NCBI GenBank assembly: GCA_043228905.1
Contig: JBHGNT010000010.1
Span: 13,144,001 to 13,208,000, forward strand
DNA length: 64,000 bases
Reading direction: 5' to 3'
From: Azolla caroliniana
Taxonomy: Eukaryota > Plantae > Polypodiophyta
Shown: piece by piece, positions 21,375-32,500 of the stretch
Position numbering within the stretch: position 1 is the stretch's first letter
Layout of the letters: each line of letters opens with the position of its first letter
Made by a program: the position numbers and the translations under genes
The notes under the pieces: model-generated
Told to the model about the DNA's origin: nothing
Databases searched by the model: none
Seen by the model: only the letters and a program-made list of their open reading frames with translations

Positions 21375-24300
21375 TTAAAGATGACGAGTGGAACGAGTCG
21401 GTGCTGATTGCGGACCGGGTTTGTCCGAATACTTTCGGTGGAAATCAACAAGCAGATCCTGAGCATTGGCAACATGCTCGACGGGTTCCCAAGTGCGTTC
21501 GCTCGGACTATAACCAAACCAATCGACTAAATAATAAAGTTTGTTGCGAATAAGTTTGGAATCGAGGATGGCGGCAACTTCATACTCCGGGCCGACGTCC
21601 AACTCCAGCGGGGGCGGCGGTGGTGTAACACGATCGGGAATGGTGTTTGCTTTATAAGGTTCAAGAAGAGAACAATGGAAAACCGGATGTATCTGAAGCT
21701 GCGGAGGGAGATCAAGGCAGAATGTGACATCATTAGCCTTACCCATAATACGGAAAGGACCGAGTCGTCGATAATCCAACTTGTCGCACGGTCGAGTAGT
21801 CTTGATGTGACGACATAAGAGCCAGACTCGATCTCTGATGGCAAAAGAGGAGGGAAGCCGATGAAGATCCGCGTGAGTCTTCTGTGTCTGTTGAACATGA
21901 CGAAGATGAGTCGAGAGATCTGTCTGGATCTTGCGTAGTCTCTCCAAATGATCCCCGGCACGAGGATTGGTAGGTAACTCCCGGGTGTCGATCACCGACC
22001 AGCGAGGATGAAAACCGGTATATAAGCGTAGAATGGGGAGACTCGAGTCGAGGAGTGAACAACATTATTATACGCAAACTCCGCAAAGTGGAGAATCTCG
22101 GCCCAATTGTCCTGTTGATAACTCAAGAAACACCGGAGATATTGCTCCAGCGTTTGGTTTGTTCGTTCTGCTTGCCCATTGGTCTGAGGATGGTAGCCAG
22201 AGGAGAGGTTGCAAGAGACCTTGAGCATCTTGAAGAGATGATGCCAAAATTTGGAGACAAATTGCGGTCCTCGGTCACTGATGATACTGTGTGGGAGGCC
22301 ATGATGCCGAAATACCTCACGCATGACTAGGGCGGCGATTTCCTCGCTAGTGATGGCCTTAGTACACAGAACAAAATGTGCCATCTTCGTATATCAATCA
22401 ATGATGGTTAAGATAGCATCGAACCCCTGCGAGACTGGCAGATTTGTGATAAAATCAAGACAAATAGATTGCCACGGCTTACTTGGAATCGGTAAGGGTT
22501 CCAACAAGCCATATGGATGGTGTCGTGGCATCTTTGCTCGACAGCAAGCATCACAGGTCCGAACGTAGTCGTCGACAAAACGGCACATGTGGGGCCACCA
22601 AAAAGATCGTTGCACTAGCTCCAACGTCTTAGTACTACCGAAATGTCCCGTCGTATGGGTGTCGTGACAATGCTGGACGATTTGAAGGCGACAGGAGCAA
22701 TCGGGGACATATACGCGCTTTTTAAAGAATAACAAACCATCATGATATTCGAATTGTCAGTAGTCAATACCTGGTTGTTGAGACTGAGAACAGGATGCCC
22801 GAGAAGTATCAATGTGCGCCAGGATGTCTTGAGCAAAACTATCCGTCTTCAAGTTTGCACGTATGTCATCGGTAATCCGTGAATCCATCGGGGTGTGAAA
22901 AATCCGCGTCGTGTGCAATCGTGTTGGTCCCAAGATTACTTGCTTTTGATTATCAAATGTTGGATCACCAGGATGAGGTGCAAGATATGAACGTCGTGAT
23001 AGTGCATCTGCTTTTCCTTGCTGCTTCCCCGGTCGATATGTGATTTTGAAGTCGAAATGCATGAGGAATTGCGCCCATCGAGCTTGTCGTCGATTTAGTA
23101 TGCGAGCGTTCTGGAAATAAGCAAGATTTTTATGATCACTAAAGACAATGACCTGATGTGGAGAGCCCTCTAAGAAATGCCGCCATTGCACAAATGAATC
23201 CACGATGGCTGATAACTCCTTGTCATGTATTTCGTAGTTGATTTGCGCGAGTGGAAAGCCACCGGATGCAACTCTTCTTTATGTCCTTGTTGAGAAAGGA
23301 TGCTACCGAGGGCGAAATCTGAAGCGTCGGCCTCCATGATGAATGGTTTGCTGGTATCCACATGAGCTAGAATCGGTGCTGATGTAAAGGCTTTCTTAAG
23401 ATGCCAAAAAGCCATATCTACTTCAATGGACCAAAGAAATGCTTGGCCCTTCTTCGTAAGTTGTGTGAGGGGTAAAATAATCTTTGAGTAATCCTGTATA
23501 AACTTACGGTAGAAGTTAGCAAAACCTAGAAAACATTGTACATCTCGTACCGACCGTGGAATTTGCTATTCTAGTACAGTTTGGACTTTAGCTGGATCCA
23601 TGGCGATGCCCTTTGAGGAGATGACGTAGCCTAGAAATTCCACTTGCTTGCAGTCAAAGCTACATTCTCGCGGAGTTGCTTTAGTACTAATAGTACATGA
23701 GAATCGTGCTCTTGCTGGGTCTTCGAATAAATCAATAGATCATCCAGATAGATGATCAAACAGATATCCAAGAGGTCTCTGAATATATCATTTGCCATGT
23801 GTTGGAAGACTACGGGTGCATTGGTTAGGCCGAACGGCATAACAGTATACTCGAAATGCCCATACCGCGTGCGAAAGGCGGTCTTCCATTCATCTCCCGG
23901 TCGGATCCGCACGAGGTTATACGCTCCTCGTAGATCAATTTTGGTAAAAAACTTGGCACCATTAACTCGCTCTAAAAGACTTGATATAAGAGGAAGTGCA
24001 TACCTATTCCGGATGGTGACCTTATTCAATCCGCGGTAATCAACGACGAGACGAAGTGAGTCATCTTTCTTCTTGACAAAGAAGATGGGTGCACCGGCCG
24101 GAGATTTCGAATGATGGATGAACCCGCTTGCCAAGTTCTCCTCTATTTAGGCTCGAAGGATTTCTAACTCGGTGGGTGACAAGTTGTAAATTGGTCCCCA
24201 TGGTGGCTCGGTTCCTGGTTGTAAATCGATGGGACAGTCATAGGGACGGTGATGAGGAAGGGTACCGGCTTTTACCTTGTCAAATACATCGGCATAAGGA

Positions 24301-24911
24301 TGATATTTTGCCGGAAGTTGTACTGAGGAGTTCTTCTTAATAGTGCTGGAAGGATGTACTGATATTGCAAATAGGAACATTGCCTCCTTGTGTCCTTCTT
24401 CGCGTAATTGATGGAGTGAAATGGTCGAAACTCGGTGAGTAGATTCTTGGGGTGGTCGATATCGGACTTCTCTTGTTCTCCAATCTATGGCTGGATTATG
24501 TAATTCAAACCAAGGTAATCCTAGGACAATGGGATGCTCTGGACTACTAATTATATTAAATGATATTACACACACAAAACTACCTAGGACAACTTGAATG
24601 GGTTCTGATTCTTCTACAATATTCCCGGAAGCAATGGGACGACCATCAATGACTACTACAGATGCGGGACAAGGAAGTTTTCTTAGGGATATCTGAGAAG
24701 CTTGGGCAAAATTTCGATCCATGAAACAGGAATTAGCTCCAGAATCTAAGAGTGCTAGGACGGGTACTGGGGGAGTACTTTTAGTACTAACAATGACTTG
24801 GGCCAGGAACACATTGCTAACTTGCTTGGAAGCAATGGAACCACTAATGGGCTATACAGATCTAGGGCTGCTGTCCAACCAAACGACTCCTATTTTGGCT
24901 GGACTCAATCG
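21375..24911 (-). pseudogene. pol of chromovirus F (protease, RT, RNase H, integrase, chromodomain)
   Basis: LLDSGANS; [50 protein letters not shown]; ADASDFALG; ISDRGPQF, HPQTNGQAER; GPF motif; several stops and frameshifts. Confidence 0.95.
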
Positions 24912-24917
24912 TTTAAC
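24873..24917 (-). promoter_or_regulatory. Candidate -1 ribosomal frameshift signal (G_UUA_AAC, 6-nt spacer, 11-bp stem-loop) at the gag/pol junction of F
   Basis: Slippery heptamer 24917-24911 just before the gag TGA (24907-24905); stem GTCCAGCCAAA/TTTGGTTGGAC; pol is in the -1 frame. Confidence 0.75.
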
Positions 24918-26062
24918 TCTTCATCTAACTGACTAAGGATTTCAAATTTGTTTGAGATACTTGGGCTATTAGTACTATGAATACTATCTGACACTCTATT
25001 AGTACTATTAATACTATAAGACACTCCGAAGGGAAGAATTGACTTGGGTTTAGTACAGGCAACGATTTGATTTACCTGTCTTTTAGGCCTATGGGGACAA
25101 TTGATGGCGATATGTCATGGTCCACCGCAAGAAAGACATAATCGATTGGCACGTCGTCATTGCTTTTCTTCTTCCGATAACGGGCTGCGTCGACGCATGG
25201 TGTCGATCTCCATCGGGGTCGGAATATTGGCTTGAGGTACATCGCGTGCAAACGGTCTAGCCGTGACTGAGGCGTATCTGGGTTCCGGCCGAGAGCGTGG
25301 TATTTGTAATTGACGTTCCGAACACTGTTCGAAAAGGCGGTTGTCGCATCGGACCGCTCGACTGATTGCCTCCGTAAGAGACTTTGGTTCTTCGGGGAAG
25401 GTTAAAAGCAAATCTTTGACATCATTGCGCAAGCCGTAGCGAAACTGCTCCATGAGGGCCTGATCATCCTAGGGGATATCTGAGGCGAGTAGACGGAAAT
25501 CCGCCGCGTAGGCAGAGGCTGGACGATGGCCTTGACGCAATCTTCAGATCTTGTTGATCGCCGTCCTGATGTTGTCGGTATCTCCAAAGCAGGATTTAAA
25601 CTCACCAATAAAATCTTCAAAGTTATTAAGCAAGGGTGATTGTTTTTCTAGAAGCGGAGCAAACTATGCTAAGGCTGAACCGCTAAGTAACGTGCCTATT
25701 AGGCCGACTCGAGATGCATCAGTGGGATATCGGGAAGGATGCATTTGGATGACTAAGCGTACTTGATTAAGGAATCCCCGGAATTGCGATCGTGTTCGAT
25801 CAAATTTCATAGGAAGTCCAATCTTGGGCTCTTTATGAAATCCTTGGGGACTTGATCCTTGTTGTTGCAACGCTGCTTCAAGTTGTTGTACCCGTAACGC
25901 TAACTCCCCATGTTGTTGTTGCGTTTGTTGTTTTTCGAGAGTGATTTGTTGCAGATCCCCTATCAACCGTTGGTTTTCTTGTTCCAGGGCAACAAACTTT
26001 TCTTTTAGGCATTGTAACTCGAAGAAAACAGATTGATATTCTTGGGTGCTAACAATAGCCAT
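24905..26062 (-). pseudogene. gag of chromovirus F
   Basis: One reading frame with internal stops: KEPKIGLPMKFD..FRGFLNQV, QFRYGLRNDVKD, PMEID, zinc knuckle CLSCGGP*HIAINC. Confidence 0.9.
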
Positions 26063-26121
26063 AGTAGAGGGAAAAGGGTAGGAGGATGAGGGAGAACAAC
26101 AAGTAGGCTGGAGGAAAGAAA

Positions 26122-26135
26122 AAATTGGTTCAAAC
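26122..26135 (-). promoter_or_regulatory. Self-priming-type PBS of F (not tRNA-complementary)
   Basis: GTTTGAACCAATTT directly after the 5' LTR; complementary to AAATTGGTTCAA at the predicted transcript 5' end (26343-26332). Confidence 0.8.
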
Positions 26136-26559
26136 TGTCAGGAATAGTACTAAAGCAGAGATGGAATTAGTACTAAGAAGAGCAGTACTATTAGTACTAA
26201 GAGGACGGGACTGCGTAAGATTCTCAAAAGAGAGGAAGTGAGAAGAGGAGAGAGAGAGATAGATGATGACAACAGCTAATATATTATGTGAAAAAGATAA
26301 GTACAAGCGGCTAAGAGGCTTAAGACTGGTGTTGAACCAATTTGGTTCAACATAATGCCTAGTGCCTTCTTTTATAGTGTTGTCAGGAGTAATCCTGAAA
26401 CTTCTAGAATGTTCCAGAGAAATCTGGAATATACATTACTTTCTTATAATAAAACATAAATGAAAATAATATCCTATGAATTACATAGATGGTGTGATGG
26501 TTAAGAGCTCGACCCATATACTATAAGGTCATGGGTTCGAGTCTTGCCATATCATGACA
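26136..26559 (-). repeat. 5' LTR of element F
   Basis: Minus-strand TATAAAA at 26376-26370; TG..CA termini. Confidence 0.95.
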
Positions 26560-26861
26560 CCAAGTGGACGAGAAGGCAGTCGAAGTCGACACTGAAACGG
26601 AGGAGCCGAGGGGTCGAGGGGCGCAAATACCTCGACAATGAGGGAGCTGACAAGGGCCAAGGTAGCAGACAAGCCGACCGTAGAGGTCGAGGTACGCAAA
26701 ACCAGACGAGTCAAGAAACGTTGGACCAAAGATGTCGTGGGATGCAAGGCCAGACTAGACGAGGAGCGCGAGAGAGGCATCAGGACACCAAGAAAAGAGG
26801 TTGCAGTTGTGAACCAGCCAGAGCTGACACGGTGGGACCTCAGGTTGAGCTTGAGGGGGAG

Positions 26862-27305
26862 TGTTGAGAGACAAGCTCAACATGAGTCGAATCGGCTGAA
26901 GAAGCTGAGGGCCGAGAGCCAAGAGTCGGGAGCTGAATCGAAGAGAGTTCGATTCGGGCGCGCCGAGTCGAAAGGATTCTGAAAGGCCGTTGAGGGTCTA
27001 TATTCCTATTATAATAAATAGGAATATTATAGGTAGAATTAGTATCATGCTCATTTATGAGCATTCAAGTATTGATGGTACTTGTGTCAGCCCACTTGTC
27101 AAGGCTTGTATAAAAAGTGCTCACTCAGCATAGTGTATCTACAGAGTGTTCATTATTTGTAATAGAAGTTGTTGCCTGCTCTCTTTGTCTCTCTCTCATC
27201 ACCATCACCATTCTCTATGTTTACCTAACTATCAAGTTTCCGAAACCCAACTGTGTACTCGGTCGGTGTCTATCGTATACGCTTCCGCAAACGTATTCTT
27301 TTATA
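26862..27305 (+). repeat. 3' LTR of copia element D
   Basis: Follows the PPT; starts TGTTG; TATAAAAAG near 27109; similar to the LTRs of H and J; terminal CA appears mutated to TA. Confidence 0.82.
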
Positions 27306-27317
27306 GGAAGGAGGAAC

Positions 27318-27431
27318 GAGCAACGACTAAGTCTAAAGGAGTATTGAGGAGAGAGCAACGACTAAGTCTGAAGGAGTATTGAGCAGCGAGCAACGACTAA
27401 GTCTGAAGGAGTATTGAGCAGCGAGCAACGA
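27318..27431. repeat. 35-bp tandem repeat, about 3.3 copies (GAGCAACGACTAAGTCTGAAGGAGTATTGAGCAGC)
   Basis: Head-to-tail copies start at 27318, 27353 and 27388. Confidence 0.9.
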
Positions 27432-28896
27432 GGAGGGAGCAGTAAGCAGCGAGCAGGAAATCAAACGACAAAGAGGGAGAAAAACAAAAAGAGGGGGAAA
27501 ATAAAACACAAAAAGGGGAAAAGACTAAAACAGAATATATAAAAAAGAAAAAGTACTTTTATTTTTTACATAAACTATATAAATAGTCGGTTCAAAAAAT
27601 ATAAACTGGCTAGATTCCGGTTGATAGGAAAACCTGGCCGGAATCAATTCCAGTTGTCCCCCACCTTGGCCAGCAAAAGTCCCAACCCAATCAAAACGTT
27701 GACATTGTTCCTAGGACTTTGCCCAACACTGTATATACCTCACTGTGGGTATTTTTGTAACTTGATGATGTCTCTTTAATATAAGTAAGAGTTCCTTGAG
27801 CTACACTTATTAATTATCCCCCATTTATTGTTCATAAGTGTAACTTCCTCTCTCTCTTCCTCTCACACACATATCACATAATCTTCTGCGACTTTAATCA
27901 CATACGTGATTAACTATTCACATAATGCTTTCGCATCTAACTTCTTCCTCTTCTCTTTCAGCACATGCACATATGCTATGCTACCGAATACCCTCAAGTG
28001 TGCCAAATTCAACGTCTTCCCGAAATACAACACGTGTGGTGACACTCCATTTGCATAAATCCGATTCTGTAGGTATACCGCTTCGGCCCAGTAAACTTTG
28101 GTATATGCTTCTCTTCAAGCATTGCCCTAACTGCTTCTTCGATTGTCCGATTCTTCTGCTCGGCCACACCGTTTTGCTCCAGTGTGTATCTGCACGAAAA
28201 TTTGCGTCTAATTCCTTCCTTTTGCAGATAACTAGAGAACTGGTCGGAAAAGTACACTTTCCCTCCATCGGTCTTGAGGGACTTGATTTTTCAGCCTGTC
28301 TCCCGTTCGACAAGGCTCTTCACCTTTAAGAAGTAGGAGAAGACTTCGCTCTTCTTCTCAATTAAGCACGCCCAAGTGTGCCTAGTGTAGTCATCGATGA
28401 AGGTTACAAACTAACGACTTCCATCGATACTCACGTTCTGCACCAGTCCCCATACATCTGAATGGATTAAATCGAGCTTGTTTCGGCTCCGATTTCTTTC
28501 ATTGGGGAACGGAAGTCGGTGATTCTTCCCTAACTAATAGGCTTCGCAGACTTGGCCCTTTCGGCCACTAAATTTTGGCAAGCCGAAAACGATGTTTTTC
28601 GTTTGAATCTCTCGAAGCCACGAGAAGTTGACATGGCCGAACCGCTTGTGCCACAGGTCGATATCTGATTCGACCTTCTGCCCTTTCGCAAACATAGTGG
28701 TGCATACGTCGCCTTCTCGGTGCCGTTGCGCGATTATCTTGCCTTCTTTTTCGATGAAGAACTCGAGATGAGTAAATCAAACTTGCATCCCCTGATCGAC
28801 AATCTATCCGACCGACACCAAGTTCTTGGTGGTTGTCAGCACATGCAAGACATTCCTCATTATCCCTTTTTGACCGACATGTCTTAAAGGGATGTC

Positions 28897-29506
28897 TGTT
28901 GGGAATCAACGCTTGGATTCACCTTCTTCACTCGGCCACAACCGATTAATCGCGGATCAATGTAGCAGAAAATAGGAAGTACAGAAAAAGACGCGATACA
29001 CAGGGATTAACGTGGAAAACCCTATACGGGAAAAACCACGGGAGTGCGAGACTCCAAACCAAACTATGCACAGAGAAATATACAATGGCGAGCTGCAAGG
29101 CATCGACCTTGAGCTCGCTGTCCTCGCCACAGGCGGCGGAAATACACAGAGGCGTCTACCTCTTCGTCTCTCTCTCGCGCTCTATATCTCTCTCTCACTC
29201 ACGGCTGCTCTCTCTCTTCACTCCTCTTGAGTGGAAAAACAGAAAAATGATAAGCAACACCAAAACAGTTTGCCCTAAGTCATATTTATACTTATATGAC
29301 TTTGGGCTATTTACAACTATAGCCTCAGGGGCCCATAGCGAACATATTACGGGTATGTCCCTGCATCCGAATCGCTCTCCGGGTACATTCGTCATCCGGC
29401 ACCGAAACCGGGGTCTTCGTCATCCGGATCCGAAACCGAAACCGGGCTCGTCGTCATTCATCTCCGACTTCCGACCATCCCATCCGAAGGGACCGTAATC
29501 CCAACA
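28897..29506 (-). repeat. 3' LTR of element C
   Basis: Direct repeat of 33620-34229. Confidence 0.97.
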
Positions 29507-29516
29507 AACTCCCCCT

Positions 29517-32500
29517 TCACTTCGGCATGGGATGTCTTTCCAATCCGATCCTCTTCCGGCATGCTTCGAGCTTGTCGGGTGTGAGCACCTTGGTCAGCAT
29601 ATCCGACCCGTTCTCGTCCGTGTGGATCTTCGTCAGCACGAACTCCTGGTCTTCTATCCTTTCCCGGATCCAGTGATATCTTCGCTGGATGTGCTTCGTC
29701 CGGGAGTGATAGGCCGCGTTCTTCGCAAGGTGGATGGCACTCTGACTGTCGCAGTAGAGTCGGTACTCCTCCTGCCGGATACCGAGCTCTCTAATGAAGT
29801 CCTTCATCCATATCATTTCCTTGCCGGCTTCAACAGCTGCCATGTACTCAGCCTCCGTGGTTGACAACGCAACTGTCTTCTGCAGCCTCGACTGCCACGA
29901 AACAGCTCCCCCTGCATACGTCATCACATACCCTGATGTGGACCGGCTGGTATCTGCATCAGCCGACATATCCGAATCGGTGAATCCGTCGAGTTCGGGT
30001 TTGCCGGAGCCGAATCGGAGGTACACATTCGCTGTGCCCTTCAGGTATCGGAGTATCCACTTGACCGCGTTCCAATGCTCTTTGCCGGGATTGCTCATGT
30101 ATCGGCTCACCACTCCGACTGCATATCCGATGTCCGGTCTCGTACACACCATGGCGTACATCAAGCTCCCGACGGCTGAGGCATATGGCACTTTCATCAT
30201 ATCCTCCTTTTCAGCCTTTGTCTTGGGGCTTTGCTTGCTGGACAGCTTGCAGTTTGCCGGGAGGGTCGATCCGACCGGTCTTGCCTCCGACATGTTGAAC
30301 CGGTGAAGCACCTTCGTCACGTACTTCTCCTGTGACAGCCACAACTGCTTCTTCTTCCGGTCCCGGATGATGTGCATCCCTAGTATTTGCCTCGCCGGAC
30401 CCAAGTCCTTCATTGAGAAGGTTCGGTGAAGAGCCTTCTTCAGCATTCGTATCTTGACCTGGTCCCGTCCGACGATCAACATGTCGTCCACGTACAGGAG
30501 GAGTATTAGGAAGTCTCCTCCTTCGAACTTCTTCACAAACACGCAGTGGTCGGACTGCGTTTTGAGGTACCCTTCGTCGGTCATGAAGGAGTCGAACTTC
30601 CGGTACCATTGCCGGGGAGCCTGCTTCAGTCCGTAAAGGCTCTTCTTCAACCGGCATACCAGGTGCTCTTTCCCTTTCTTCTCGAATCCTTCCGGTTGCT
30701 GCATGTAGATCTCTTCTTCGAGGTCACCGTGAAGGAATGCCGTCTTCACGTCCATCTGTTCTACCTCGAGGTCCATGCTTGCCGCTATGCTCAGCACCGT
30801 CCGGATGGAGGTCATCTTCACTACCGGGGCAAAAATCTCGTCGAAGTCGACGCCCTTCTTTTGCTGGAACCCCTTCACCACGATCCTGGCTTTGTATCTC
30901 GTGGGGTTTCCGGCATCTCCCGGTTTCAGCTTGAACACCCACTTGTTTCGAAGTGCCCGCTTTCCTTTCGGCAACTCCACAAGTTCATATGTGTGGTTCT
31001 CATGCAGGGAATCCATCTCGTCCTGCATGGCACTCAACCACCTGCGGCTCTGGGTGTCGTGCTTTGCTTCTTCAAAGCTCTCCGGCTCCCCCTCGTCGGT
31101 TAGCAGGACGTGCTCTGGATCCCGAAATCTCCGGGGGGCCCTCCTCTCTCTTAGAGGATATCTCCGTTCGGGAGCTTCGGTAACCGGTTCTTCCGATTCT
31201 TCTTCATCCGAATCCATTTCGGGATCGGGGCCGGTTCCGGTATCGTTTTCATCTTCTTCGGCCGGTTCTGTTTCTTCACCGTCTTCGGCCGGATCCTCGA
31301 GTGCTAACCGGTCCCTTGCCGGTCGGGACTGCTCCTCGTAGAGTTGATCCTCACCGGTCGACTTGGAGCTCTTCATCTTCTTCTCCGACTCCCAGTCGGC
31401 GAGTGTCTTGTCCTCCATGAAGATGATGTCTCGACTCCTGAATATCTTCTTGTCGACCGGGTCCCATACTCGGTAGCCGAACTCGTCGTCACCGTAACCG
31501 AGGAATATGCATGGCCGGGTCTTTGGATCTAGCTTTCCTCTCCGGTCCTTTGCCACATGCACGTATGCGAGACACCCGAACACCTTCAGATGCCGGTAGG
31601 ACACTTCCTTACCGGTCCACACTTTCTGCGGCGTGTCTCCGTCCAAAGGTACTGAGGGTGATCTGTTTATCACGTATGTCGCCGTCGACATTGCCTCAGC
31701 CCAAAACCCCTTGGGTAATTTCGCATGCGCCAGCATACTCCGGACCCTCTCCATTATGGTCCGGTTCCTCCTCTCGGCCAGCCCGTTCAGTTCCGGCGTC
31801 TTCGGCACAGTAAACTCGAGCCGGATTCCCTTCGAGCGACAGTACTCCTGGAACTGCCCCCGGTATTCCCCTCCGTTATCCGCTCGTATCGCTTTCAGCT
31901 TCTTGCCGGATTCCCTTTCCACTCTCGCGTGGAGTTCTTTGAAGACGCACAACACTTGGTCCTTTGTCTTCAGCGGTGCCGTCCACAGCTTTCGGCTATG
32001 ATCATCGATGAATGTTACGAAGTACTGGGCTCCGCCATGTGACTTCGTTTCTACCTGACACACGTCAGTGTGCACCAACTCCAATGGTGCGCTACGTCTC
32101 GTCGGTGGCCTTGAGTGGAAGGAGGTTCGGTTCTGCTTACCGGCCAGGCAATCGGTGCACTTCTCCAGGTGCACATGCTTCACTGGGATAAGGTTGTCTT
32201 CTGCAAGCCTCTTCATCCCCTTCTCACTCATGTGGCACAGTCTTTTGTGCCACAGCTCACCGGCAGTGTCGGCTGCCACATTCAACTCTTCCGGACATAA
32301 CCGGGCATTCATCAGGTACAGTGTGTTGTCCTTCCGGGCCCGAGCCACTATCAGGTTCCCCTTGCTGAACTTCATGACACCGTTCCGGATGCTACCCGTG
32401 TAGCCTTCATCATCTAGCCTCCCGGCTGAAATCAGGTTCAGTCGGACCTCCGGAACGTGTCGGACATTCTTCAGCAGCATTTTGCATCCGGTCGGGGTTG

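Larger units (their letters stand above)
20939..26559 (-). mobile_element. Full-length Ty3/gypsy chromovirus, Tcn1/Tf1-like (element F), degenerate
   Basis: LTRs 20939-21363 and 26136-26559 (TGTCA..TGACA, about 18 differences by eye); perfect TSD CCAAG; PPT at 21364-21376; C-terminal chromodomain EYEVAAILDS..YYLVDWFGY..TWEP. Confidence 0.95.
7999..27305 (+). mobile_element. Copia family-2 element D, 3' half (integrase C-terminus, RT, RNase H, long 3' region, PPT, 3' LTR); host of nested E and F
   Basis: [25 protein letters not shown], RNase H YTDADWAG/STEAEY/KHIEVHYHF. Sequence resumes at 20513 and 26560 after the nested insertions. PPT TTGAGGGGGAG at 26851-26861. Confidence 0.88.

Noticed and set aside
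24812-25080. Intron between gag and pol of F (CAG|GTAAAT donor at 25075)
   Set aside because: The gag frame continues through it to a TGA at 24905, and a -1 frameshift signal explains the junction better.
26486-26550. Genuine tRNA genes here and at 43160-43700
   Set aside because: A/B boxes are present but no acceptor or anticodon stems could be folded; reported as tRNA-like cassettes only.
27318-27431. 35-bp repeats as a CRISPR array
   Set aside because: Head-to-tail copies with no unique spacers, no cas genes, and a eukaryotic context.
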